A stretch of 64,000 bases of DNA, taken from an uncultured delta proteobacterium (GTDB taxonomy: Bacteria > Desulfobacterota > Desulfobacteria > Desulfobacterales > JAFDCJ01). Positions 21,511 through 31,798 of the stretch are shown one piece after another; the stretch's first letter is position 1; every line of letters starts with the position of its first letter. Position numbers and translations under genes: made by a program. The stretch covers positions 32,001-96,000 of the forward strand of contig CAVYNY010000022.1 of the NCBI GenBank assembly GCA_963769935.1, in the 5' to 3' direction. The notes under the pieces are model-generated. The model ran no database searches, was not told where the DNA came from, and worked only from the letters and a program-made list of their open reading frames with translations.

Positions 21511-22557
21511 ATGATAGATTCGGAACTTCTATCAAAAATCAGAATGCTGGCTCCGGGAACCAAACTGAGAAAGGCATTGGACGACATCGTCATGGCAAAA
21601 CTCGGTACAATTGTAATGCTCGTCGATTCGCTAACCAAAACGAAAGATATCATTCAAGCTGGATTTCCGATCGAAATCCCTTTTACTTCTGAAAGATTAT
21701 ATGAACTTTCCAAAATGGACGGTGCTATTATTTTAGACGATGAGGCTGCGAAATTTTATTTTGCCAATGTCCATCTCATCCCCGATGCCACCATCCATTC
21801 AAGTGAAACGGGTATCAGACACCGCACTGCCGAGCGCATTGCCAGGCAAACCGGCAACCTTGTTGTGGCAGTCTCAAGGAGAAGAAATATCATCACTGCC
21901 TACTACAAAGAGCATAAGCATGTCATCAATACCATTAATTATCTGGTTACCAAAATCGGCCGCGCTTTAAACGTACTGGAAAAACACCGTGAAAACCTCG
22001 ATAAAATAATCAACCAAATCGATAAGGACGAGTTTAACGACTGCGTGTACCTGGATGAACTCGCATTTTTGATTGCAAAGTTTCTGGGCGTCCAAAAAAT
22101 TCGGGACGAAATAGAACCTTATATTATCGAGATCGGTGTCGAAGGAAAACTATCCAGCATGCAGTTGTACGAAATTTTGGGAAATTTGGATGAGCAGCTG
22201 ATATATTTCATTATGGATTACGCCGCCGCCGAAATAGGCGAATCAGAGGCAGTCGAAATTGTCGACCGGCTCAGAAACTATAAAGACCTGAATAATCTGA
22301 ATGTAGCGAACATCCTCGGCTACGAGGCCTCTTCGGCTGCGCAGATCGATGAAAGAAATGTTGTTCCCCGCGGCTATCGGCTTCTGACACACAAGGCTAA
22401 AATCCCCATGAATATCTCTAAAAATGTTGTCCAGGCGTTCGGAAATATGTCCCGAATCTGTTCGGCGGATGTCGATGCCCTGAAAACCGTCGATGGCATC
22501 GGTGTCAAACGCGGGAAAGACATTGTGGAAACGATTCACATGTTGAAAGATATATAG
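21511..22557 (+). CDS. disA: DNA integrity scanning diadenylate cyclase DisA
   Basis: APGTKLRKALDDI, LYELSKMDGA (DGA), ETGIRHRTAER (RHR), linker, PRGYRLL, HhH VDGIGVKRG. Confidence 0.92.
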   Translation: MIDSELLSKIRMLAPGTKLRKALDDIVMAKLGTIVMLVDSLTKTKDIIQAGFPIEIPFTSERLYELSKMDGAIILDDEAAKFYFANVHLIPDATIHSSETGIRHRTAERIARQTGNLVVAVSRRRNIITAYYKEHKHVINTINYLVTKIGRALNVLEKHRENLDKIINQIDKDEFNDCVYLDELAFLIAKFLGVQKIRDEIEPYIIEIGVEGKLSSMQLYEILGNLDEQLIYFIMDYAAAEIGESEAVEIVDRLRNYKDLNNLNVANILGYEASSAAQIDERNVVPRGYRLLTHKAKIPMNISKNVVQAFGNMSRICSADVDALKTVDGIGVKRGKDIVETIHMLKDI

Positions 22558-22569
22558 CATAATGAAAAG

Positions 22570-23739
22570 TTGAGGATGTCTTTGAAAGAAAACGCGACGA
22601 ATCCCCTGCCACCGGGAGGCCTATCCGTGTGTAAATTAAAAATCATGCTGCTCACGCTTCTTCTATTGCTGTCGGCGGGATGCTCTCCCGCACGTGTGCA
22701 GGAAGGGATTCATCTTGATACCATCACTATGCCGCCCGGATTCAAGATCTCATTGTATGCGCGGGTTCCCGGTGCGCGATCCATGACTTTAAGCCCCGGC
22801 GGGGTGCTGTTTGTGGGAACCCGGGAAAAGGGATGTGTTTACGCGGTCTTGGACCGCAATCAGGACTACGTGGCCGATGAGGTGATTGTGGTGGCAGACG
22901 GCCTTCATTCGCCCAACGGCGTCGCCTTTCGCGAGGGCGCTCTCTTTGTGGCCGAAGTCAGCCGTGTGCTGCGGTTCGACAACATCGAGACCAATCTCAA
23001 AAATCCGCCGGAGCCTGTGGTGGTAAACAGCACCTTCCCAACTGATGAACATCACGGATGGAAGTATATCGCATTCGGACCCGACGACAGGTTGTATGTC
23101 CCGGTGGGCGCCCCCTGCAATGTCTGCGAGCGGGATGATCCGCGGTATGCAAGCATTATGCGCATGGCGCCGGACGGCGGCGATCTGGAGATTTACGCCC
23201 GCGGAGTCCGAAATACCGTGGGATTCGACTGGCAACCGGCGACGAAAGTGCTCTGGTTCACGGACAACGGCCGGGATTGGATGGGAGATGACGTGCCGCC
23301 GGATGAGCTCAACCGGGCGCCTGCAAGGGGAATGCACTTCGGCTTCCCCTACTGCCATGCCGGAAGGATACCGGATCCTGAGTATGGGGCAAAGAGATCC
23401 TGCAATGAATTTCAACCGCCGGCTATCGAGCTGGGGCCGCATGTTGCGGCCTTGGGCATGAAATTTTATACTGGCCGTATGTTTCCGGCCCAATACCGGG
23501 AGCAAATCTTTATCGCCGAGCACGGGTCCTGGAACCGGTCGGTGCCGATTGGCTATCGCATTAGCCTTGTTCGGCTGGAGGCATACAAGGCCGTTCAATA
23601 CAGCGTATTTGCCCAAGGTTGGCTGCAGCAGGACCGCGCCTGGGGCCGGCCGGTAGATGTTCTGGTAATGCCCGACGGTGCGCTTCTGGTATCCGATGAC
23701 CGGGCCGGCGCAATCTACCGGATAAGCTATGAGCCTTGA
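22570..23739 (+). CDS. PQQ-dependent sugar / sorbosone dehydrogenase family beta-propeller lipoprotein
   Basis: Lipobox LSAGC; HHGWKYIAFGPD, GVRNTVGFDW, AEHGSWNRS, GRPVDV. Confidence 0.88.
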   Translation: MRMSLKENATNPLPPGGLSVCKLKIMLLTLLLLLSAGCSPARVQEGIHLDTITMPPGFKISLYARVPGARSMTLSPGGVLFVGTREKGCVYAVLDRNQDYVADEVIVVADGLHSPNGVAFREGALFVAEVSRVLRFDNIETNLKNPPEPVVVNSTFPTDEHHGWKYIAFGPDDRLYVPVGAPCNVCERDDPRYASIMRMAPDGGDLEIYARGVRNTVGFDWQPATKVLWFTDNGRDWMGDDVPPDELNRAPARGMHFGFPYCHAGRIPDPEYGAKRSCNEFQPPAIELGPHVAALGMKFYTGRMFPAQYREQIFIAEHGSWNRSVPIGYRISLVRLEAYKAVQYSVFAQGWLQQDRAWGRPVDVLVMPDGALLVSDDRAGAIYRISYEP

Positions 23740-23842
23740 GGAAAGCATGGAATATTGTTTTGCATCCGATTTGAAATAACTCGAGGTTCCAGATTGAATG
23801 CCGAACAATAATGCGACATTCTAAGTTTGAAAGGAGACTATC

Positions 23843-24352
23843 ATGAGTCATGTAGCCGTTATTATAACCGATTTGTTTGAGGATTCGGAATATAGCGAAC
23901 CGGCTAAAGCCTTTAAGGAAGCCGGACACACCCTGACCCATGTGGGCCTGGAGGCCGGCAAGATCGTCAAAGGGAAAAAAGACGGTACGCCTGTTAAAAT
24001 CGACCAATCGATCGACAGCGTGTCGACAGGCGATTTTGATGCCCTCTTGATCCCCGGCGGGTATTCGCCGGACAAGCTGCGGGCCCATGAAAACGCCGTA
24101 AAATTTGCCCGGGATTTCATGAAAAGCGGCAAGCCGGTTTTTGCCATCTGTCATGCCGGTCAGCTGTTGATTTCCGCCGACGTGATCCGCGGCCGGAAAA
24201 TGACCGGCTGGAAGTCTATTGTGCAAGATATCAAAAATGCCGGCGCAGAATTTATCGACCAAGAGGTCGTGGAAGACGGCAACCTGATATCCAGCCGTCA
24301 TCCGGGCGATCTGCCCGCATTCATCGAATCATCTTTAAAACGGTTGGGTTAA
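23843..24352 (+). CDS. PfpI/YhbO-type DJ-1 family protein (type 1 glutamine amidotransferase-like)
   Basis: FEDSEY, ALLIPGGYSPDKLR, AICHAGQ, VVEDGNLISSR. Confidence 0.93.
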   Translation: MSHVAVIITDLFEDSEYSEPAKAFKEAGHTLTHVGLEAGKIVKGKKDGTPVKIDQSIDSVSTGDFDALLIPGGYSPDKLRAHENAVKFARDFMKSGKPVFAICHAGQLLISADVIRGRKMTGWKSIVQDIKNAGAEFIDQEVVEDGNLISSRHPGDLPAFIESSLKRLG

Positions 24353-24512
24353 TCCTATAATCGCATAAAATATTGCATTGGATTTTGGCTGTTCCGACGA
24401 AAATCCTTGGCATTTTTGAGTGATCCTGGATACTGGTTTCTGGATGCTGGCTGTTTTTGAATTTAACTCTCGGTGCACTGCTGGATATCCAGCATCCCAT
24501 GAGAAAGCAGCA

Positions 24513-25052
24513 ATGAATAGAATCCGAACATTGCCGTACCTTTTAGAGACGACCCTGTTGATCATGATCTGCGGCTGCGCCTACTCGATCTCGCAGGAAA
24601 TGAGAGCAAAAGCCAATCCGGATTTAACCTATTCCGTGGTGGCCCGTGATCCGCTTTTATACAAGGGCGCGACGATTATTTGGGGCGGCATCGTGATCCA
24701 AGTGCAAAACCAACCCCGCCAAACCGTTCTCACGATCCTGGAGACCCCATTGGATAACAGGGGAATTCCTAAAGACGAAGTCTATGGCCGCGGGCGATTC
24801 ATTGCCCAAGTGCCCGAGGATCTGGATCAGAAGGCCTACGGCGGCGGAAAGAAAGTCATTCTGGCCGGAGACATCGTCGGGGAGGAGACGAAGCAGATCG
24901 GTGGGACGCAGTACCGCTACCCTGTCGTCCTGGTGAAAGAACTTCACCAGTTTAACCAAAGGGATGATTACCGATATTACCGTCCGAATGACTATCCAGA
25001 TCAATATGGATATCCCTACTACGATCAAACCCCCTTCAAGGGGATACAATAA
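24513..25052 (+). CDS. Slp family outer-membrane lipoprotein
   Basis: Lipobox ICGC; IIWGG.VI, GRFIA, YRYPV. Confidence 0.82.
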   Translation: MNRIRTLPYLLETTLLIMICGCAYSISQEMRAKANPDLTYSVVARDPLLYKGATIIWGGIVIQVQNQPRQTVLTILETPLDNRGIPKDEVYGRGRFIAQVPEDLDQKAYGGGKKVILAGDIVGEETKQIGGTQYRYPVVLVKELHQFNQRDDYRYYRPNDYPDQYGYPYYDQTPFKGIQ

Positions 25053-25113
25053 AACCTAATTACCTGCCATACCCCATAGCCAACTTGTTCGTTGCGGTTT
25101 AATGGTAATCAGG

Positions 25114-25437
25114 ATGAACGATCATCGTCACATAAACTACAATAGAGCGTTCGGAATCGGCATTGCTTTAAATGTTGCCTTTATTCTCTTCGAGGCTGCT
25201 TGCGGGTCTTTTTCGGACTCGCTGGCCATGGATCGATCCGGCCGTAAGTCTGCTCATTGCTGCGATCATCATGATCGGCACCTGGCGGCTTCTGATAGAT
25301 TCCGTCAATCTGGTTCTGCAAGCCGCAATGAAATCCATGACCGATTCGGCATTGCACATGTCACCCTGCAGGTCGAGCGAAGCGACGCTTTTATGGATTG
25401 CGGAGACGAATGCAGACTCGAAGCATTTTCAAGGTAA
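25114..25437 (+). pseudogene. Deletion-compressed remnant of cation diffusion facilitator (CzcD-like)
   Basis: N-terminal YNRAFGIGIALN..SDSLA, middle WPWIDPAVSLLIA..SVNLVLQA in another frame, C-terminal DRFGIAHVTLQVE. Confidence 0.8.
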
Positions 25438-25617
25438 TTTTGCCGTCCACGGCCAAGCCTTACATTTTTCTTCAGTTCAGCCACTAAGGGTTCACCTCCG
25501 GCGGATCAGGCCTACCTCTAGTGAAGCTCCTCCCGCACAAATTGAAATGACTAAAAATCCTGTTGACTGAAAATCAAACTCAAAATGTAATAAAAAAATA
25601 GCCTCTCAAATCCCGGC

Positions 25618-25639
25618 AAATACACGATAGACCCCATAG
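25618..25639 (+). promoter_or_regulatory. 22-bp regulon box upstream of coiled-coil/DUF1328 genes
   Basis: AAATACACGATAGACCCCATAG; TAAATT 20 nt downstream; AAATAG half-site at 25596. Confidence 0.75.
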
Positions 25640-25769
25640 AAAATTATCCCGACGGAAATTAAATTATTTTTTGATCCGAATAAACCAATAACCAAATGTT
25701 TAACCTGCATTTGTCGTTCTTGTCGTTCTTTTTCCAATACAGTGCAAATCGAAAAAAAAGGAGGAAAAT

Positions 25770-26069
25770 ATGTCACCCGAAAAGTCACAAAAAGACCAAT
25801 ATGTTCAGAAGCTGCATGCCAAGCTGGATGAATGGAACGCCGAAATCGATAAGCTGAAAGCCAAAGCCGATCAGGCGCAGGCCGAGTCGCGCATTGAATA
25901 TCAGGAACAAATAAAAAATTTGCAGCAACGACGCCAGGAAGCTGAAAAAAAGATTACCGAATTGCGCAAGGCTGGAGAGGGTGCCTGGGAGGATCTGAAA
26001 GCAGGTGTACAATTGGCCTGGGACAACATGGATGAGGCGGTTAAATCGGCCCGATCCAAATTCAAATAG
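25770..26069 (+). CDS. Small coiled-coil stress-type protein
   Basis: AGGAGG RBS; KLHAKLDEWNAEIDKLKAKA..AWEDLKAG. Confidence 0.88.
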   Translation: MSPEKSQKDQYVQKLHAKLDEWNAEIDKLKAKADQAQAESRIEYQEQIKNLQQRRQEAEKKITELRKAGEGAWEDLKAGVQLAWDNMDEAVKSARSKFK

Positions 26070-26144
26070 ATCGGTGGCGCGCGCTTTCGACCAAGCTGAG
26101 AACGAATTCAGCTCCGGCGGTAAAGATTAAGGAGGTACTTTAAA

Positions 26145-26321
26145 ATGTTATATTGGGCACTCGTATTCTTTATTATTTCTCTGATTGCAGCCCTGTTTGG
26201 CTTTACGGGAATTGCAATTGCTTTTGCAGGCATCGCAAAGATATTGTTTTTTATCTTCATCGTTTTGTTCATTCTTACCCTTATATTCGGCTGGCGACGA
26301 CGACCGCCGTCAAGGGTATAA
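26145..26321 (+). CDS. DUF1328 (YtjA-like) small membrane protein, 58 aa
   Basis: [48 protein letters not shown]; below ORF-track cutoff. Confidence 0.9.
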   Translation: MLYWALVFFIISLIAALFGFTGIAIAFAGIAKILFFIFIVLFILTLIFGWRRRPPSRV

Positions 26322-26389
26322 TCAGGAACATGGAGTAGAGAGAAAAAATAATACAAGGCCTCTGCGTGCTCAGCACCTCTGCGGTGAAA

Positions 26390-26616
26390 ATGAATATCAA
26401 ACCGGATTTTAAAGACATCGACAGGCTGTCCCAAACGGACGCCAAAAAGGAGATCGAGGCCCTCGGTGTGTGCCACCGCCGCCCGCGATGGGCCCTGGCT
26501 TGGAAGTTCCCCCCCAAGAAGAAGTTACGGTTCTGGAAGATATTGTCGTTCAGGTGGGCCGCACCGGCGTGCTGACGCCGGTCGCCCTGCTGCAGCCGGT
26601 CGATGTCGGCGGGGTA
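26390..26616 (+). pseudogene. ligA: Deletion-compressed remnant of NAD-dependent DNA ligase
   Basis: N-terminus ..AKKEIEAL joined to G...RPRWALAWKFPP then EEVTVLEDIVVQVGRTGVLTPVALLQPVDVGGV. Confidence 0.85.
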
Positions 26617-26625
26617 TCTGGAAAT

Positions 26626-27327
26626 ATGAAAACAAACATCCATCAAATTGAGGAATTACGCGAGCAGCGGCACATCTTCGCCGACCGCTTTGAGGCCGGC
26701 GAGACGCTCGCTGCGATGCTGCAGGCGGAGTACGCGCACATCCCCGGGGGAATGGTTCTGGCGATTCCATCCGGCGGGATTCCGGTAGGATTAAAGGTCA
26801 GTGAGATATTGGGACTGCCGCTTGATCTTCTGATCGTGAGGAAATTGCAGATACCGGGCAACCCTGAAGCCGGTTTCGGGGCGATGACGCTGGATGGGAC
26901 GACGTTCTTTAATCAAGCTCTTTTGGCGCAGCTGCATTTGAGCGCCGCTCAGATCGAGGCCGAAAAGCAGCGGGTCAATCTGGCGCTCGAAAAGCGCAAC
27001 ACACTGTTTCGCGGCGGCCGTCCCTTTCCCGATCTGGCCGGGAAAAAGATCATCCTGGTGGATGACGGTCTGGCCTCGGGTTTTACCATGCTGGCATCGA
27101 TTGATATGGCCAAAAAGGCCAAAGCCTGTGAAACGATTGTGGCGGTTCCTACGGCCCCGCAACATTCGGTTGAGCGCATCTTATCGGGAGTGGACCGAAT
27201 ATACTGTGCCAACATTACAACCGGCCCCTACTTTGCCGTCGCCGAGGCCTATCAAAATTGGTACGATCTGAACGAGGAAGAAGTCCTCGCTCTTCTGAAA
27301 AACAGGCAGTCGGCTCGACCCGGATGA
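26626..27327 (+). CDS. Phosphoribosyltransferase family protein
   Basis: FADRFEAG, LAIPSGGIPVG, VRKLQIPGNPEAGFGA, ILVDDGLASGFTM. Confidence 0.88.
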   Translation: MKTNIHQIEELREQRHIFADRFEAGETLAAMLQAEYAHIPGGMVLAIPSGGIPVGLKVSEILGLPLDLLIVRKLQIPGNPEAGFGAMTLDGTTFFNQALLAQLHLSAAQIEAEKQRVNLALEKRNTLFRGGRPFPDLAGKKIILVDDGLASGFTMLASIDMAKKAKACETIVAVPTAPQHSVERILSGVDRIYCANITTGPYFAVAEAYQNWYDLNEEEVLALLKNRQSARPG

Positions 27328-27390
27328 CGGCCGCGGCCGATCCGCCGCGGCGGCCTAAACCTGCATCCGGCCTTAATCCGGCGGTAGGTT

Positions 27391-28120
27391 TCAATCCTGA
27401 ACGGCCGCTAATCGTCGTTCAGCTGCGCAACCTGCCTTTCCAGGTCCACATCGCGCTCGAACCTGAAGTAGCATCTGACGGTCAGCGACTCGCAGCCCGC
27501 CAGGGAAGGAACCCCCAGCGGCCTCTGCCGAAAGCCGGCGCAGGTCCAGCATCCATCCGCTGATGGGCCAGTGGTCGGGCTGGGTTTGAAAGGCCGTCGC
27601 ATGCACCTGCTCGATAAGATAAGCCTGGGGATTGACTTCGACGCGAAGCCGCCGCGCTTCCATGACCACCTTTTTTTCGGTCTCGAATTCCTTCTCGCTA
27701 TAGGTTAGATGCTGCATCCGATCCGCCTCCAGTTCCAGGGCGGTTTGAATGTGTTCGGAAGCCAGTTTTTCAAAGTATCCGGCAAAGTCATAAGAAGTAA
27801 AGGCGTTGTATGCAGCGCCAATCGCCGCGTCAATCCGTGTTTTCTTCCGCTTTCAGAGCTCGAACCGGTTTCCTTTACATCGGACTGCTTGGGCATCTGA
27901 TCTCCTTGAATTGTTGCTGTTGCTCAATATTTGCAATATGCGGCAGTAACTTTGCTCATTCACACTACTGCTACTGCCCGGCGGTTTTTCCGTAACGAAA
28001 GCCTGGGGACCTTCAACCAATCCGATTTCGCCCAGTTTCCGCTGGCAATCATAGGCCAGGCGATAACCGTTGGAAAAACCGATGCACAAGCGCTCATGGG
28101 CGGTATCTTTTTCCTCATTT
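27391..28120 (-). pseudogene. Degraded M16 (pitrilysin) zinc peptidase remnant
   Basis: YNAFTSYDFAGYFE..LELEADRM..FETEKKVVMEARRLR..HWPISGW split across frames; no intact HxxEH. Confidence 0.75.
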
Positions 28121-28308
28121 CAGAAAACCGGTCATGCCGAAATGCAGGCAAAGGTTCAATATGCAATAGGTTCAAGTATGTATTTCGCTGATCATTCGAC
28201 CTTATCTAATTGTTCCGCCATGAAAATAAATTATACGGGGCGCTGATTAAGCCGCCTCTTTTAAGGCGGCAGCTAATGTTTAAGCCAAATACAGTCTGAA
28301 TCTCCTAA

Positions 28309-28330
28309 ATGTACATGTTTGACCGGATTT
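28309..28330 (+). promoter_or_regulatory. 22-bp regulon box upstream of 28410 gene
   Basis: ATGTACATGTTTGACCGGATTT; AAATACAG half-site at 28287; TATACT exactly 20 nt downstream. Confidence 0.7.
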
Positions 28331-28409
28331 CAATTACAACATCGGAATCGTATACTAAGCCTAATTTGTAAAATCAGGTGATATCCCAACGATATGAAAG
28401 GAGGCAGTT

Positions 28410-28781
28410 ATGCCGGATCGCATGGGTATGCTCAATAAGATCAAAGAAGGGATGAAAGTCTACGACAACACCGGGGACGAGGTCGGCACGGTTGAGTTCC
28501 TCCATTTCAGTGAAGCCAACGGCGACGGACATGCCGTCGCAGCGGCACCGCCGGAGCAGTCCACTCAGTCGGACCTGGTAGATTTTGTAAGGAAAATGTT
28601 CGGGGCCGACAATCTGCCCCGGGAACTGCGCGAGCGGCTGCTGATGCACGGCTTCATCAGGGTGGACAGCGCCAAGCTGTTCGGACCCGACCGTTACGTC
28701 ATGTTCGATCAAATCGCCCGCGTAGAGACAAATGGCGTGCATCTTAGGGTGGAGGATGCTCAAAATCTGTTGAAGGCCTAA
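28410..28781 (+). CDS. PRC-barrel-like (DUF2171-type) hypothetical protein
   Basis: AGGAGG RBS; IKEGMKVYDNTGDEVGTVE..GFIRVD..DRYV. Confidence 0.78.
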   Translation: MPDRMGMLNKIKEGMKVYDNTGDEVGTVEFLHFSEANGDGHAVAAAPPEQSTQSDLVDFVRKMFGADNLPRELRERLLMHGFIRVDSAKLFGPDRYVMFDQIARVETNGVHLRVEDAQNLLKA

Positions 28782-28932
28782 TAGCCTGGCTATTCCGCTT
28801 GACATGGTTCCGGGCTATGCCGGCTGGTTTCTGACCTATGACAAGCGCATCGGAATCATTTCCGATCATTTTGGCATTGAACAAGAAAATCCATTTCTTA
28901 AAAAAATATTTCCTAATCCTCAGGAGGACGCG

Positions 28933-29211
28933 ATGAACGAAAAGGAAAAATACCGTGCTAAAATTGAAGCTCAAATGGCAAGCTTCAATGAAACCATCGA
29001 AGAAATCACCACCAAAGCCAAGCTGAGAAAAACGACGGAGTCGGATGTTCAAATCAAGGCTCTGGTTAAAAAACATGAAGCGGCGAAAGCCAAGTTGAAA
29101 GAACTGGAAAATTCGGATGAAAATACCTGGCAAAAAATCCAAAGCGAACTGGATCAGCTTGTTGCGGATGTTGACCAGGATACCCGCAACGCCCTGGCAT
29201 ATTTCGGATAA
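28933..29211 (+). CDS. Small coiled-coil protein (similar style to 25770)
   Basis: AGGAGG RBS; MNEKEKYRAKIEAQM..ENTWQKIQSEL. Confidence 0.8.
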   Translation: MNEKEKYRAKIEAQMASFNETIEEITTKAKLRKTTESDVQIKALVKKHEAAKAKLKELENSDENTWQKIQSELDQLVADVDQDTRNALAYFG

Positions 29212-29229
29212 TTTATCCGCCCTTTATTT

Positions 29230-29365
29230 GGCACGATCAGAGTACTGTCCGCCAACTTGTCGGCAACGGCCAGCAGGCGCAGGCCTTTGTCCGCCAATTC
29301 TTCCGAGCGTTTGATCCACCGTCGGCGCGTTTCTTCTGTCAGCGGCCGGGAGCCATTCAAATCTT
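29230..29365 (-). pseudogene. Short fragment of P-type cation-transporting ATPase
   Basis: PLTEETRRRW....EELADKGLRLLAVA resembles the P-type ATPase N-domain GLRvLAvA motif. Confidence 0.6.
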
Positions 29366-29536
29366 TTTCGGCGATGAATTGAACAATGCGCTTTTTTCAA
29401 TCAGTGAACCGCGATGGTCCGATCCTGACGCTTCTCAAAAGATTAGGCAGCTTAAAAGACGCATATATGATCTTTATGCTGACTATAAAGGTGCTTACGA
29501 AAAAGTTTCATAACATCATAAAAATGGAGGTTTCCC

Positions 29537-29716
29537 ATGACAGAAAATAAAATTGGTCATCAGAATCAAGATAAGGAGAGGTCCGATCAGATGAGAATAG
29601 ATTTAGAGCGGGTTTATGCCCGGCGACACGAAGCTCCATTCTCGGAAGCTCTAAATTTGTCGTTCCTCTTTACAGTGCTGCTGTTTGTCCTTTATGTGAT
29701 CGAAAAATATCAATAA
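29537..29716 (+). CDS. Small (59 aa) protein with C-terminal TM helix
   Basis: GGAGG RBS; MTENKIGH..ALNLSFLFTVLLFVLYVIEKYQ. Confidence 0.55.
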   Translation: MTENKIGHQNQDKERSDQMRIDLERVYARRHEAPFSEALNLSFLFTVLLFVLYVIEKYQ

Positions 29717-29731
29717 TAACGAGCGGAGGAT

Positions 29732-29806
29732 TTATATCTCCCCGCCACAGGTGAATCTGCGGGGGATAATTCCCTCATGCTCAAATTCCGGGCTGGTGAT
29801 CCTCAT
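29732..29806 (-). pseudogene. N-terminal stub of YbhB/YbcL (PEBP) family protein
   Basis: GGAGGA RBS; MRITSPEFEHEGIIPRRFTC.GE, continuing INPPL after a frameshift, then lost. Confidence 0.7.
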
Positions 29807-29880
29807 TGCATTTCCTCCTCCAGGCGGCGGGCACCCGCCAAAATTGCTTAAGTTTAAGGTGTTTTCCGCTGCGAAACTGT

Positions 29881-30325
29881 TCAGTTCATGGCCTGCAAAT
29901 TGCTGATGATATAGTCCAGGTGGATCTTTTCCTCGCTGAAATATGTCCGAAGTGCTTCCTTTACCTCCGGCGGCGCTTCCCATGAAACCACTTCGCCGTA
30001 ATAGCGGTTGGTGATTTCTTCGGTGGTCCTCATGGCTTTCAGGGCGCCTTTCAAACCGGTGAAAGCTGCGGATCGCCGCAAAGGCCTCGATGACATACCC
30101 TTTGAAATCCTGTGATGGCTCAGGCGGCTGCCCGCCCAGGTTCGCGATATGTTCGGCCAGACCGCTGATGTGATTGCGGTGCTCTTCCTGGAATTTCATC
30201 AGACGCTCTTTTATGATGGGGTCATCGAGTTCCTTGATGGCCTGGTCGTAGGCATGGACTGCATCGATGTCCAACTGGACGAGATTCGATATCGCTTTGA
30301 TTAGATCTTTTTCATTTTCTTTCAT
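29881..30325 (-). pseudogene. Ferritin-like (DUF2383-type) protein with one +1 frameshift near 30062
   Basis: LVQLDIDAVHAYDQAI..F..EH..H..L; removing one T from AGCTTTCACC gives SFTGLKGALKAMRTTEE..EEKIHL. Confidence 0.8.
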
Positions 30326-30406
30326 TTCTCAGTTTCCTTGTCAGTTTCAACTCAGAATTCCTTATACATCTTATTCAAAGAAAATAGTGAACTGCCGGTC
30401 GCCGAA

Positions 30407-30428
30407 CAATAAGGTAAAGCCTGTATTT
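30407..30428 (-). promoter_or_regulatory. 22-bp regulon box upstream of ferritin-like gene
   Basis: Minus strand AAATACAGGCTTTACCTTATTG; TATTTT 20 nt downstream; GAATACAT half-site at 30429-30450. Confidence 0.8.
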
Positions 30429-30791
30429 ACTGGAGTGATTCGATGTATTCAGATAGGCCTTAGGTATTGAAATTCGGGTTCAGCCCCTATGAGGTCAACT
30501 AAATAATGAACCCCTGAACCCGAAACCCTGAACCTGAATGCGGCGGATCCGACGAGTGTTTGTGATTGGCTTCCCGCTCACAGTCAGCCTTTAATATTGA
30601 TACTCCTTGTTTAGAAGCGTCCTGAAAGTAATTTTTTGGTGAGTTCGGCGTTTTACTCTCTTTGAGAGCCTGATTCGGAACCTATTGTCGTCGTTTGACA
30701 AAAGCCGTATTTTTCAATACAAGTGTAACGTAATCGTATTCTTCGCTTTTTCAATGGCTTTCTACCAAAAGGCTTTCAAACAAAATTTGCT

Positions 30792-31217
30792 ATGATTCAG
30801 GTAAATCAAAACATTCTCCTGGATGAAAACGAAATACAGGAGGAATTCGTTCGGGCCTCCGGCCCCGGCGGCCAGAACGTCAACCGCGTGTCGACCGCGG
30901 TCCAGCTTCGATTCGATATCGTCAATTCGGCTTCTCTGCCCGAGGATGTTCGCCGGCGGCTTTTGCGCCTGGGCGGCAGCCGGGTCACCCGAGACGGCAT
31001 TCTCATTATCGATGCGCGGCGGTTTCGCACCCAGGAGGCAAACCGCAGGGACGCCCGCCGGCGGCTGATCGAGCTGGTGAAAAAAGCGGCGGAAAAGCCC
31101 AAACCCCGCCACAAAACAAAACCCACCTCCGCATCCAAGCACAAACGCCTCGCAGAAAAACAGCGGCGCAGCCGAATCAAGCAGCATCGCCAATCGGTTG
31201 ACCCGGCAGAAGATTAA
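30792..31217 (+). CDS. arfB: Alternative ribosome rescue factor ArfB (peptidyl-tRNA hydrolase)
   Basis: RASGPGGQNVNRVSTAVQLRFD; RTQEANR; basic C-terminal tail. Confidence 0.93.
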   Translation: MIQVNQNILLDENEIQEEFVRASGPGGQNVNRVSTAVQLRFDIVNSASLPEDVRRRLLRLGGSRVTRDGILIIDARRFRTQEANRRDARRRLIELVKKAAEKPKPRHKTKPTSASKHKRLAEKQRRSRIKQHRQSVDPAED

Positions 31218-31237
31218 GGGGTTAAGACAAAGGGATT

Positions 31238-31420
31238 AAGGTTCAGGGTTCATAAAAGGTTTCAGGTGTCAGGTGTCAGGTGTCAGATAAAAGAGCTCAA
31301 AGCTAAAAAACACCGCAAAAATAAAAAAACGCTTAACCAATAACAAATTACTTATTTTCATTTTCTCAACTTCCCAACTTCTCATTTTCTTATCTTCCCA
31401 TCTTCTCACCCTCTCACCTT
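31238..31420 (-). repeat. Mosaic intergenic repeat family, copy A (internally shortened)
   Basis: (TCAGGTG)3 array, AAAAACACCGCAAAA and pyrimidine 8-mer tract; reverse complement matches 51590-51715 and 51360-51400. Confidence 0.7.
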
Positions 31421-31778
31421 CCCCCCTCGGCCCTCTGTTCCAGGTACTCCTTCAGGGCCACGGCATTGTTATATTTTTCGTTCCTGGCGCCGAAAACAAG
31501 CGTGATGGTTCCTTTTTGAGTCATTTTAGAGAGCTGTTCAACCGGCGCCTCGTTTTGATCCAGTTCACGAAAATAGCGTCGCTTGAATTCCGGCCACTTC
31601 TCAGGGTCGTGTTCGAACCACTTTCTGAGGTTTGTGCTCGGCGCAATTTCTTTAAGCCACAGGTCGATCCCGGCCTCCGTCTTTCGCACGCCGCGCGGCC
31701 ACACCCGGTCGATGAGAACCCGCATGCCGCCATGTCTGCCGTCTGTTTTTCATAGACTCTTTTAAGCCGGATCGCCAT
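31414..31778 (-). pseudogene. DUF488 (YeaO-like) protein with one frameshift near 31730
   Basis: MAIRLKRVYE.. then RVLIDRVWPRGVRK..WLKEIAPST.LRKWF.HDPEKW. Confidence 0.82.
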
Positions 31779-31798
31779 TTTAATCCCCGCCCAAAGGC

